IMG/VR virus record: IMGVR_UViG_3300045596_000061
Coordinates: 32,565-96,564 of that record
Direction: 5' to 3' (one strand)
Origin: a virus
Taxonomy: Duplodnaviria > Caudoviricetes
Length of the DNA: 64,000 nt
Below are positions 47,006-57,400 of the stretch, piece after piece. The first letter of the stretch is position 1; the number at the start of each line of letters is the position of its first letter. Under the pieces are notes generated by a model that did no database searches, was not told the origin of the DNA, and worked only from the letters and a program-made list of their open reading frames with translations. The position numbers and the translations under genes are program-made.

Positions 47006-48376
47006 ATGAAAGAAATAGAAGAAAATAAAGACTTAAAAACAAAGCTCTTACTTAGTACTCTTGTCACTAATGCATTCAATGAAATGATGCATGTACCATC
47101 TGAAATTGAAAAAATCTTTATAGATTATTATGGAGAAGATAGAGTTGATATGACATGTACAAAGACTAAAGAGGATGTTGAAAACATGCTTCTGAGGACA
47201 CAATTACATAGTTTACTCTATCCTAGTTCAGAAGAGGAGAAGGGAATATGTGATGCTTTAAGTGAAGAGGATATAAATTTAATAGATTTAGATACGGATG
47301 ATACTTCTTTTACTATAATCTATAATATGATAGTTACATATATAGATAGGATAATAAGTAGAATAGCACCATTATTTACTATAACAGTTTACTTTCCTAA
47401 CATAAGGGTCACTAATGAATATGGTAGATTTGTAGATATTACTAAATTATTTACAAGAACTACTATAATGTGGGACGGAGAATTGGTAGATAAGTTTCAG
47501 ATAAACAGGTCTGAATATACTAGTTCTCAGTTTTCTTCAGGATATAAGCACAGTCATACTTACTCATTAGACAGTAATAGCATACAAGCATTAGAGCAGT
47601 TTACCCCTCCTTGCTTAGGAAGTGGTCCATTAAACACTACTATAGCTACTCTAAAAAATAGAACTGACTATACTATATGGAGATTATATTGCCATGAAAT
47701 GGATGAATATCTTAAAGTTGAATCTATTTCCGGAGGTCCTTATATAAGACTTGAAGAAATTGGAAAACTGAATTTATTTCTGAATACAGTATCAATAGAA
47801 AGTGCTATTTGCCATAGAGATGATGTCAGTGTGCCAGATTATTTAACTACAGATGAGTTTAAACTTTTTATAAATGATTTTATTAAATCAGGATTGATAA
47901 AATTTGTACATCATGATAATGGAGTAGCCTTAGCAATGTCATCACTGGATTTTTGGATAATGGCTAGTAATTTCTATATAAAATGGTTCAACAGTCATAA
48001 AGACTCATTTAGAAAAGGGATAGTAAATCAAGCATCAACTATGTATCCTCTTAGAAAAGCTGTAATAAGAGGTGATAAAGTTTACTTTGGCAACTTCTAT
48101 AGTACAGGAACAGAGTTTGAAGGAATAACATTATTCACATTTAAAGGTAAGGATGTTAAGTTACATATAATAGATGATGATAGTAATATAGAAGATAATA
48201 CAACTCTATTATTGCATCATACATTTATAAGAGCCTTACTCTATGCTATAATGAGAGTTATTAATTATTTATATCAGAAACCAATAGAACAGAATTATGA
48301 AAAAAGAAGAAATAGAGATAAAGGAGAAGAAAGCACAGGAAGTACAGTTATTACAGAACATGAATTTCTCCTCTAA
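47006..48376 (+). CDS. Putative prokaryotic E2-like protein
   Basis: YKHSH...FTPPCLGSGP (Cys codon 47612-47614) resembles the E2 HPx...CL active-site flap; probable ATG 47006. Confidence 0.5.
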   Translation: MKEIEENKDLKTKLLLSTLVTNAFNEMMHVPSEIEKIFIDYYGEDRVDMTCTKTKEDVENMLLRTQLHSLLYPSSEEEKGICDALSEEDINLIDLDTDDTSFTIIYNMIVTYIDRIISRIAPLFTITVYFPNIRVTNEYGRFVDITKLFTRTTIMWDGELVDKFQINRSEYTSSQFSSGYKHSHTYSLDSNSIQALEQFTPPCLGSGPLNTTIATLKNRTDYTIWRLYCHEMDEYLKVESISGGPYIRLEEIGKLNLFLNTVSIESAICHRDDVSVPDYLTTDEFKLFINDFIKSGLIKFVHHDNGVALAMSSLDFWIMASNFYIKWFNSHKDSFRKGIVNQASTMYPLRKAVIRGDKVYFGNFYSTGTEFEGITLFTFKGKDVKLHIIDDDSNIEDNTTLLLHHTFIRALLYAIMRVINYLYQKPIEQNYEKRRNRDKGEESTGSTVITEHEFLL

Positions 48377-49607
48377 AATTATTATACCTGAAAAGGTAGA
48401 ACTTAAAATAAGATATGTATGTAGTAAGGAGTGGAACAATGAGTGGTCAGGAATATTATTTTATAAGCCAGAAGGAAATTATAAAGATAATAATATAGTT
48501 ATTACTTGTCATGATTTTATTATTCTTGACATAGGTAATAACACATTTACTGAGTTTGAGCTTAATCCTGATGTTATTGCATATATGACAGACCATGATT
48601 TACTTGACTGTAAGACTGGCTTAATTCATTCACATGATACAATGGCTACATTTTTCAGTGGAACTGACCAAGATACCTTAAGAAAAGAAGGAGCTAATAT
48701 GAATAATTTTGTCTCTTTAATAGTTAATGATAAAGGAGATTATACTGCTGCTATGACAAGAAAAATAAGAATAGTAGAAAATGTATCCTCTATAGAAAAC
48801 TATGATTACTTTGATTGTGGTAGTAAGAGTATGAAATCAGAAAGAAAGAGAGAGAGCAATATCATAGAATGGCACTATCTGAATGTAAATAAGGAACTAG
48901 TATCAGTAAACACAATTGATGTAGATAAGCAGCTCTTTAAAATAAAAGACAGACAGGAGAAAGAAAGAGAGAAAGCAGCAAGCTATCAGAATGGAATTAG
49001 TCATCCTAATAATTTTATAGGAGAACATAAAACTATAAACCTATTCTCACCAAGAAGTAAGGTTACTCCGATACAGAGAGGATATAATGCTTATGATGAT
49101 CCTGATAGTCCATTATATTCAGGAGATGATGAGTATGACAGTCCTAATTTATTCAGTAAAGATGAATCATATAATAATACCTTAAAGGAAGAGAAAAAAG
49201 CTCCTGATAAGGAATTTACATCTGATGATTTACAAAGTATCTATCATATTCCATTAAATAATGATGTAATCAACTCTCTTCTTTTAGAGATAGTTACAGG
49301 AAGTGTAGTAGTTTCAAATAAGAGTAAGATAGATATTATAAAGTGGTCTTCTACTATGAACAGTGTATTTGATACCAGATTTAATTATGAAAAAAATGGA
49401 ATGTGGTACTTTGAAATATGGATGGAAGGTTATATTGACTCCTTATTATCTGAGGTAACTGAACAAATACCTGAAACAGAAGAGTATGATGGTGATGCTA
49501 TTGAAAGTGTAATAGCTTCAAGTCTTATAAAAGAGCTGCAAACTATTCCAGGAAATAAATATATAAAGACTATTATAAACATATTAAATTCACATATTAC
49601 ATGTTAG
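48297..49607 (+). CDS. JAB/MPN+ metallo-isopeptidase
   Basis: EWSG plus complete JAMM motif HSH-x7-S-x2-D (HSHDTMATFFSGTD). Confidence 0.88.
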   Translation: MKKEEIEIKEKKAQEVQLLQNMNFSSKIIIPEKVELKIRYVCSKEWNNEWSGILFYKPEGNYKDNNIVITCHDFIILDIGNNTFTEFELNPDVIAYMTDHDLLDCKTGLIHSHDTMATFFSGTDQDTLRKEGANMNNFVSLIVNDKGDYTAAMTRKIRIVENVSSIENYDYFDCGSKSMKSERKRESNIIEWHYLNVNKELVSVNTIDVDKQLFKIKDRQEKEREKAASYQNGISHPNNFIGEHKTINLFSPRSKVTPIQRGYNAYDDPDSPLYSGDDEYDSPNLFSKDESYNNTLKEEKKAPDKEFTSDDLQSIYHIPLNNDVINSLLLEIVTGSVVVSNKSKIDIIKWSSTMNSVFDTRFNYEKNGMWYFEIWMEGYIDSLLSEVTEQIPETEEYDGDAIESVIASSLIKELQTIPGNKYIKTIINILNSHITC

Positions 49608-50617
49608 ATATAGGTTATTCAGCAACAACAGATGAAAATGATGAAACTGCTCAACCAGAAGAAACAGCAGAATCAAGTACAGAAGATGCCACTGTAGTGA
49701 CATCTGCAAGTACTGCTTCAGATAATTCAGTAGATGTAGATGAAGTAGTAAACAGTGCTTATATTAATGATTTAGGAGAAACTAATTATGCTGCCCTTAC
49801 GAGAGCAGTTGAAGAAGCTAATCCTATAGGAATACAGGCAGAGCATACTAGTGAAGCTCCAAGGGTAGTAAGTGATTCTATACCTGAAAACTCAGAATCA
49901 TTAAGTGTCAAAGAGAATACTTCAAGATTCAGTAGTGCTATATGGTTTGAAGAAGCAAAGAATCAAACAATACTATTAGCAGGATTAGGAGGAATAGGAA
50001 GCTATACTGCATTTCTATTATCAAGGTTGCAGCCTCGTCAGTTACGATTATATGATAATGATGAGGTAGATGCATCAAATACATCAGGTCAACTGTATTC
50101 TAGTAGCTCTATAGGTACTAAAAAAGTATCTGCAATAGATAATTTTATAAAAACATATTCTTCTTATTATAGGTCAGACTTATTTAGTAGTATGTTTGAC
50201 GGTAATACTCCTTCATCTGATATAATGATTTGTGGGTTTGACAGTATGCAATCAAGAAAGACTTTCTTTAATTCATGGCGTGCTAGAGTAGATATTACTT
50301 ATGAATCTAATAGGAAAGACTGCTTATTCATTGATGGCAGACTATCAGCAGAAGAATTTCAGATTTTTTGTATTAAAGGTGATGATGAGTATAATATAAA
50401 CAGATATGCTAAAGAGTTTCTATTCTCTGATTCTGAAGCAGAAGCTACAATATGCAGTTATAAGCAGACCTCTTTCTGTGCAAATATGATAGCATCATAT
50501 ATTGTAAACTTGTTTATAAACTTCTGTGCTAATAAATGTCATCCTTTAGTTTTAAGAGATTTACCTTTCATTACAGAGTATAATGCAGAAACAATACTAT
50601 TAAAAACAGAAAATTAA
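49601..50617 (+). CDS. E1/ThiF-family adenylyltransferase
   Basis: GLGGIGS, DNDEVDASNTSGQ, GFDS..SR, IDGR, candidate catalytic Cys in TICSYKQT (codon 50453-50455). Confidence 0.88.
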   Translation: MLDIGYSATTDENDETAQPEETAESSTEDATVVTSASTASDNSVDVDEVVNSAYINDLGETNYAALTRAVEEANPIGIQAEHTSEAPRVVSDSIPENSESLSVKENTSRFSSAIWFEEAKNQTILLAGLGGIGSYTAFLLSRLQPRQLRLYDNDEVDASNTSGQLYSSSSIGTKKVSAIDNFIKTYSSYYRSDLFSSMFDGNTPSSDIMICGFDSMQSRKTFFNSWRARVDITYESNRKDCLFIDGRLSAEEFQIFCIKGDDEYNINRYAKEFLFSDSEAEATICSYKQTSFCANMIASYIVNLFINFCANKCHPLVLRDLPFITEYNAETILLKTEN

Positions 50618-50618
50618 T

Positions 50619-51407
50619 ATGACAGATGCTTATAGAAGTATGATATTGTCTTCTTTACACCCGTTTATGGGATATGACAGAGGAATAATACACTCCTTAC
50701 TAGTTAGTAATGATATATTTTGTAACTCTATACTATATACTGTAAAGCATAATGAACCCTTTGAGATTCCGACATATGTAGACTTGGAAAGATGTGAAAA
50801 CTGGGATATTTCAGATACTAAAGCAAGAGATATTGTAACTAACAGTAAGAATATAGTACGGTCATTCCCTTTATACTATAGAGGATGTGAAGAAAGCAGA
50901 TGTACAATACAAAGTGCAATAAAAGGCACATTTGATAAGACAGCAATAGTATCAGGAGTAAAAAAGGTGAATATTACTGGAAAAAATCCTAATACATATT
51001 ATGGTGGAAGTGGATTAATATTAGATAAGAACATGAATCCGCTGGTTATGTTAACTTCTGTTTATAATATAATAGAAACTCAGACTATTAATGCTTTAGG
51101 TGATAAAGCCTCCTCCTATCAAGTAAGAGGTACTAATAAATATATATTTCATGTTAATCCTGTGCTATTCTCTGATACTAAAAGCCCATTAAGCAGAACT
51201 ATAATAAATGATTTTATACCTGTATATCTGGAAGAATCAAAGGGTGGAGTAACTGAAATAAAGATTTCAATAGATGAAATGGGTGGATTCTTCTTACATA
51301 ATAAGGTACCATCTGAAGTTGCAAAAGAAGATTTTAATAAAGTATTTAGTGATAAATTATTAGAAAATACTGATTTAGTGTCTTCTCTATTCTTAAGTTT
51401 CACATAG
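50619..51407 (+). CDS. Hypothetical protein co-transcribed with E1-like gene
   Basis: Starts 1 nt after the E1 stop; YYGGSGLILD..MNPL. Confidence 0.6.
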   Translation: MTDAYRSMILSSLHPFMGYDRGIIHSLLVSNDIFCNSILYTVKHNEPFEIPTYVDLERCENWDISDTKARDIVTNSKNIVRSFPLYYRGCEESRCTIQSAIKGTFDKTAIVSGVKKVNITGKNPNTYYGGSGLILDKNMNPLVMLTSVYNIIETQTINALGDKASSYQVRGTNKYIFHVNPVLFSDTKSPLSRTIINDFIPVYLEESKGGVTEIKISIDEMGGFFLHNKVPSEVAKEDFNKVFSDKLLENTDLVSSLFLSFT

Positions 51408-51408
51408 T

Positions 51409-52095
51409 ATGAAAAGTATGAGAGAGTTCTTTGGAGACTGGACAAAGGTTATAGATGAACAATTACTTAAAGATACCTTATCTAAAGTATTGAGTGATTG
51501 TAAGTTATCAGAGCTTTGCCCTTCTTCAGAGAATGTATTCAAAGCATTTACCTTATTTCCTTTAAAGGACTTAAAGGCTGTGTTTATAGGACAGGATCCA
51601 TATCCTCAAAGAGGAGTTGCCACAGGAGTTTTATTTGGTAATAATAAAGAAATTCCTAATGATAGACTATCTCCTTCATTAAATATCATTAAAGAGTCTG
51701 TAATTAATTTTGAGATACCACATAATTTTATTACTTTTGACAACACAATGGAAGAATGGGGTAAACAAGGTATTCTTATGATTAATTCAGCTCTTACATG
51801 TAAAGTAGGAGAAGTGGGTTCACATACTTATATATGGAGACCTTTTATTTCTTCTTTATTAAAGAATTTATCAAAGTATAATACTGCAATAGTATATGTA
51901 TTATTTGGTAATCAGGCAAAGTCATTCAAAAATAGTATAAATAAAAATACTAATTATATTTTTGAAGAAAGACATCCTGCATGGTATGCAAGAAATAAAG
52001 AGAAAATGCCCAAGGAAATCTTTGATTGTATTAATTATGTCATACTTGGACTATATGGAGAAGAATTTACTTGGTATAAAGAAGAAAATACTTAA
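51409..52095 (+). CDS. ung: Uracil-DNA glycosylase, family 1
   Basis: GQDPYP, SPSL, W..QGILMIN, HPA. Confidence 0.9.
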   Translation: MKSMREFFGDWTKVIDEQLLKDTLSKVLSDCKLSELCPSSENVFKAFTLFPLKDLKAVFIGQDPYPQRGVATGVLFGNNKEIPNDRLSPSLNIIKESVINFEIPHNFITFDNTMEEWGKQGILMINSALTCKVGEVGSHTYIWRPFISSLLKNLSKYNTAIVYVLFGNQAKSFKNSINKNTNYIFEERHPAWYARNKEKMPKEIFDCINYVILGLYGEEFTWYKEENT

Positions 52096-52132
52096 AATAA
52101 GTTAATTAAACAATTTAAATAATATAATAATT

Positions 52133-52606
52133 ATGAATGAAGATGATTTTTTCAAGTTTTTAGAGTGCATTATTAAGGCATCATCTAAAGTTAAAACAGA
52201 CAATGCAGAACATAGTGAAGAAAAGAGGGACAATATCCCTTCTGGGGTTTTGGTTATACCTGAGATAGTAATAAATTCTCTTGCAGCAAGGTTGTATTGG
52301 AAAAGAGAGAAAGTTATTAACTATGTAATGTCTATATGGGAGATAAATCATTGGGCTGCAACAGAAATAATGCTTAGAGAAATAGCTAAAACTTTTGACT
52401 TAAGGCATTCTGGTGATATTTGTCATCAAACAGAAGTATATGTTATAAGTAGCTATAATGGTCATGTATATAGACTTTTCAGAAATGATATAACTACATT
52501 TAAAAACTTTGCTGCCTTTAGGAGTGGAGAAGAAGCAAAGGACGCAATAAAGCTATTACAGTCATTCTTTGATATAATGTTTAATAATGCTAAAGCCAAA
52601 TTCTAA
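52133..52606 (+). CDS. Hypothetical protein
   Basis: LREIAK..D, FKNFAAFRS.EEA. Confidence 0.6.
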   Translation: MNEDDFFKFLECIIKASSKVKTDNAEHSEEKRDNIPSGVLVIPEIVINSLAARLYWKREKVINYVMSIWEINHWAATEIMLREIAKTFDLRHSGDICHQTEVYVISSYNGHVYRLFRNDITTFKNFAAFRSGEEAKDAIKLLQSFFDIMFNNAKAKF

Positions 52607-53045
52607 GATAAAGAATGCTTCCTGTAAAGAATTTAATAACATACAGTTTAAATCCAGACTTGAAGTTATGTGCTATAAGACACTTCTTCAGGCTGGATTT
52701 AAACCTGATTATGAAAAGATTAAATTTGTTTTACTTAGAGGATTCAGACCTACTGTTAAATTCTATACTAGGGATACAAAAACTGGAAATCTTAAAATTA
52801 ATAATAAGAAAATTATAGATATTACATATACTCCTGATTTTACTTTTGAGTATAACGGTATTCTTATAGTTATTGAAGTAAAAGGTTTTGAGAATGATGT
52901 ATTTCCTCTTAAGAAGAAGTTATTCAGAAGATATATGGAAGAGAGTCTTGAAGATTCTCCTTCTTATATCTATTTTGAAATATTTAATAAAAAACAGTTG
53001 TTACAGGCAATAGAAGTGATTAAGAGCATTAGCTTAAACAAATAA
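52587..53045 (+). CDS. PD-(D/E)XK endonuclease (DUF1064-like)
   Basis: FKSRLE, YTPDF, IEVKG. Confidence 0.8.
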   Translation: MLKPNSKIKNASCKEFNNIQFKSRLEVMCYKTLLQAGFKPDYEKIKFVLLRGFRPTVKFYTRDTKTGNLKINNKKIIDITYTPDFTFEYNGILIVIEVKGFENDVFPLKKKLFRRYMEESLEDSPSYIYFEIFNKKQLLQAIEVIKSISLNK

Positions 53046-53049
53046 TTTT

Positions 53050-53322
53050 ATGAAAGACTATATTGACAGAATGAAAGAGTTTCTTACCTATCTTCCCAGT
53101 AAAGATAAAGAGCTGTGTAAAGAGCTTATTATACAAAGAAAGTTTACTACTTTATATGATATTGTAGTATCTGATATAAGAAAAATACAAAGAAGAGCGA
53201 GAAGTATCTCAATAAATGATGTCAATATAGTTGATAATATAAATATGCTAGGTATATTTAAATTACTCATTGAAGAATATATAAGTAAGATTGATTTAGA
53301 TTATGAGGAAGATGATATATAA
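53050..53322 (+). CDS. Hypothetical protein
   Basis: 90-aa ORF in operon. Confidence 0.55.
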   Translation: MKDYIDRMKEFLTYLPSKDKELCKELIIQRKFTTLYDIVVSDIRKIQRRARSISINDVNIVDNINMLGIFKLLIEEYISKIDLDYEEDDI

Positions 53323-53324
53323 AG

Positions 53325-54389
53325 ATGAATAAAATGGATAGTAAAATTAAAAAATCATTATATGATATAAGTTTTAAGGTAAGTGAAGAAGAATATAGGG
53401 CAGACAAGGCTTTAAGCTATTCAACACTTGCAAGATTTGAAAGAGAGGGTTTTAATAAACTGGATACTTTATTTGAAAGCATCAGCTCTCCCTCACTTAC
53501 CTTTGGAAGTGCTGTAGACTGCATTATAACTGATGGAGAAGATGCTTTTAAAGATAGATTTATCACAGCTGAATTTCCTTCAGTACCTGATTCTATACTT
53601 CCTATTATAAAGGCTTTATTTAATGAATTTAGTACTACACATGATAATATTACAAAAATACCTAATGAAGAAGTAATAGGGTTTGCATCTCAGTTTAACT
53701 ATCAGAATAACTGGAAACCTGAGACAAGGGCTAAAGTAATAAAGGAAAAAGGAGAGGCTTATTATAATCTTCTTTATCTTGCAGGAGACAAGACTATACT
53801 TGATACAGATACCTATAATGATGTAATAAAGTGTGTGGAAGCTCTTAAAACAAGTCCTAATACTAAATATTATTTTGCAGATGATAATCCTTTTGATAAT
53901 ATAAGTAGGTATTATCAGCTTAAGTTCAAAGCTGCCTTGCATGGTATAAATTATAGATGTATGTTTGATGAACTGATAGTTGACTATGATAAAAAGACTA
54001 TACAGCCTATAGATTTAAAGACATCATCAAAGCCTGAATGGGATTTCTACAAGTCTTTTATTGAATGGAATTACTCTATTCAGAATAGACTCTATACAAG
54101 AATACTCAGTAAGGTTATTAGCTTGGATGATTACTTTAAAGACTTTAAAATATTACCTTATAAGGATATTGTAATAAGTAGAAAGACACTTGTTCCATTA
54201 GTATGGGACTGTGATTTTTCAGAAGCTGAAGGAACTCTTACTTTTGGCTCTAATAATCAGATAATAATGAGAGACCCTGAAGAAATAGCAGGAGAGTTGT
54301 CTTATTATCTTAAGTATAATCCAAAAGTTCCTATAGGAATAACAGCTAAAGAAGGAAATAATTTAAGAACTTGGTTAAATAAACTCTAA
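53325..54389 (+). CDS. PD-(D/E)XK exonuclease (RecE/ExoVIII-like)
   Basis: EEEYR...LSYS, FGSAVD, D...DLKT, Y.IQ..LY. Confidence 0.8.
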   Translation: MNKMDSKIKKSLYDISFKVSEEEYRADKALSYSTLARFEREGFNKLDTLFESISSPSLTFGSAVDCIITDGEDAFKDRFITAEFPSVPDSILPIIKALFNEFSTTHDNITKIPNEEVIGFASQFNYQNNWKPETRAKVIKEKGEAYYNLLYLAGDKTILDTDTYNDVIKCVEALKTSPNTKYYFADDNPFDNISRYYQLKFKAALHGINYRCMFDELIVDYDKKTIQPIDLKTSSKPEWDFYKSFIEWNYSIQNRLYTRILSKVISLDDYFKDFKILPYKDIVISRKTLVPLVWDCDFSEAEGTLTFGSNNQIIMRDPEEIAGELSYYLKYNPKVPIGITAKEGNNLRTWLNKL

Positions 54390-54402
54390 ATATAAGATAA
54401 GA

Positions 54403-57400
54403 ATGATTGTAGTAAAGAGAGATGGTAAAAAAGAAACTTTTAATCTTACAAAGATTACCAATGCTTTAACAAAAGCCTTTATAGCCTGTCATATACAGGT
54501 AATAGATTTCAATTATAAGCAGAAGTTTACAAAATATCTTTGTAGAAGACTAGGAACTAAAGATATAGATACCTATGAGGATATAATAGATATAGAGGAA
54601 GTACAGAATATAGTTGAAGACTTTCTCATGGCTGAATATCCTAAGGTGGCTAAAGCATATATTCTTTACAGAGAAGAGCATAAGCAGACAAGATTTATAG
54701 AGAGTAGAATAAACTACATGGAATCTTACAGTAAAGATAATACTAATGCAGCTTCAGCTTCAGAAACTGATGCTAACTCAAATGTAAGTTCTAAGAATGT
54801 TGCTAATCTTGAAGGGGAAGTATATAAGACTACTAATAGGAATATACAGAGGCATAGAATGAAGTTCCCCCTAGATAAGCTATTTCCAAAAGAGAATCTT
54901 GCTGGACAATATAAAAGTGATTTGGAAAAACATATTATATATGTTCAAGATGAGGCTAGCACTCCTGTTTTAAAATACTATTGTGGAGCTTATACTTTGT
55001 ATCCTCTTATGACTGAAGGTGTTGGAAATGTTGATAATATTACTCCTACTCCTCCTAATGATATACCATCTTTCTGTGGTCAGGTTACTAATTTAGCCTT
55101 CTTACTTACATCCCAGTCAAAAGGTGCATGTCTATACAAAAATCAAAAGTTGCTGATTAATAATAAATGGACTTCAGCTAAAGATTTTGTAGAAAAAAAC
55201 CTGAGTACAGAAAATTCTTTTAAGGATAAAGAAGGAAGTGTTTGGGAGTATGCAAATGTCAATTCATATGAGGTCTTTGAAGAAGGAAAGAATGTTCCTA
55301 TAAACAAAGTATTCAGAAGGAAGTATAAAGACAAAATATATAGAATTGAATCTAATAAGGGTTTTATAGCAGAAACATCAAAAGACCATAAGTTTAAGGT
55401 ATTTAGAGGTAATAAAATCATAGAAGTAACAGCTGAAAATCTTAAATTATATGATACTGTTTTTGTAAATAATAATTTTTGTATAGATTTTAACTCTGCT
55501 GATTATAAAGAGGGATGGATAAAAGGTATGATTCTTGGTGATGGATGTATTACTCAAAAGAATGCTGTACAGTTAAGTATTACATATGGTCAAGAATATT
55601 ATGAAACAATATTTAATTCATACACAAAGGAACTTTATGGTTTTACTCTTAATAGATGTAAAGGACATGGATGCTATCAGTTAGAGAAGAGTGGGGAATA
55701 TCCATATAACTGTATTCATTCAGGAATAGAAGGAGATAATACCTTTAATAAACACCTTATAACATTAGATAGAAGTAATGATTTTCTTATAGGAGTGTTG
55801 GATGGAATACTAAGCTCTGATGGAAGTGACCATCATTCTATAAGCATATCATTGGTTAATAAGCATATAATTGAAGAAATACAATATATACTTGATGTCA
55901 TTCATATAAAATACTTTTATAAAGAAACTGAAGCACATGATAATAAAGCCAAGCTATATACACTCAATATTTCATCACAAGTGCTTAAATATACTCCAAA
56001 CTTCCAGAAAAAATTAAAAACAAATAGGATTGTTAAGGATATTTATTATTATAGTGGCTATGCTAAATGTGGACATAAAAATCCTGAGTATATAGAGTCT
56101 ACTACTAAAAATCATTTTAAATATTCATCTTATAATCTTGATGTTATAACAAACATAAGCAGTTTTGATAATGATGACGATTATGTTTATGAAATAGAAA
56201 CTGCCTCTCATTGGTATAATTGTGGTGGATTTATAACACATAACTGTGCTTTTGGAGACTTACTTATAGTTCTTAATTATTATATTATAAAAGAATATGG
56301 TTCTCAATGGTATAATAAGGTAGATGTATCTGTAAGTAATGAACATTGTTTAAAGCATAAAACTATTCTTTCAGAGATAAGAAAAGGTCTTAAGCAGTTT
56401 ATTTATGGTGTAAATCAACCAGCAGGTAATAGAAGCTATAACTCACCATTTACAAATGTAAGTTTTTATGATCATAATTACTTTAATGCTATGTTTGAAG
56501 GATTTAGTTATCCTGATGGTACTAAGCCTGAATGGGCAGCCATAGATAAACTACAAAGAATATTCATGGAGCTTCATAGAGAATTAAGATTAATTAAACC
56601 TCTTACTTTTCCTGTAACTACTATGGCTTTAGTCAATGATGGTAAAGATATTATAGATAAAGAATATAAAGAACTTTGCGCTGAAGAATGGGCTAAAGGA
56701 GGTTCTTTCTTTTGTTATACAAGTAATGACCCTACAAGTTTAGCATCATGTTGTAGAGTTTTGAATAAGGTAAACAAGAACACCTTCAGCTCTACTACAG
56801 GTATGACAGGTATTATGACAGGAAGTTGTAATGTTATTACTCTTAATCTTAATAGGATAATACAAGATTGGTATAGAAGATGGCATACAAGAGAAGATGG
56901 TAAAAAGATTGCCATTGATTTTACTATAGAGGAATATGATGATTTGAAAGCCTATCTTATAAATATACTTGAAAGAGTATATAAGTATCATATAGCCTAT
57001 AAGACCATGTTATATGATAAGGAAGATAAAGGTATGTTCTGTTCTTCAAATGCAGGTTATCTTTATATGAAGAAGCTGTATTCTACTATAGGAGTAATAG
57101 GATATTATGAGGCTGCTAAATTCTTAGGACTTAAAACTGATAATAATAAGGACTATAAGGAGTTCTTACAATTAGTATTAGGTACTATTAAAGAGCAGAA
57201 TAAGATACATTCTATTCATGACAAAAAGAGACCTTTCTTATTTAATACAGAGGCTATTCCAGGAGAAAATGTAGCAATTAAATTATATGATTGGGATAAA
57301 AAAGATGGATATTATGTTCCTGAAGACCAAAACTTATATAATTGTTATTTCTTTAATCCTTGGGATAATACTTCAGTACTTGATAAACTTAAACTTCATG

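Noticed and set aside
49601-50617. ThiF as a thiamine/molybdopterin biosynthesis enzyme
   Set aside because: No ThiS/MoaD with terminal GG, ThiG, MoaE or rhodanese in the window; neighbours fit conjugation better, though this is not proven
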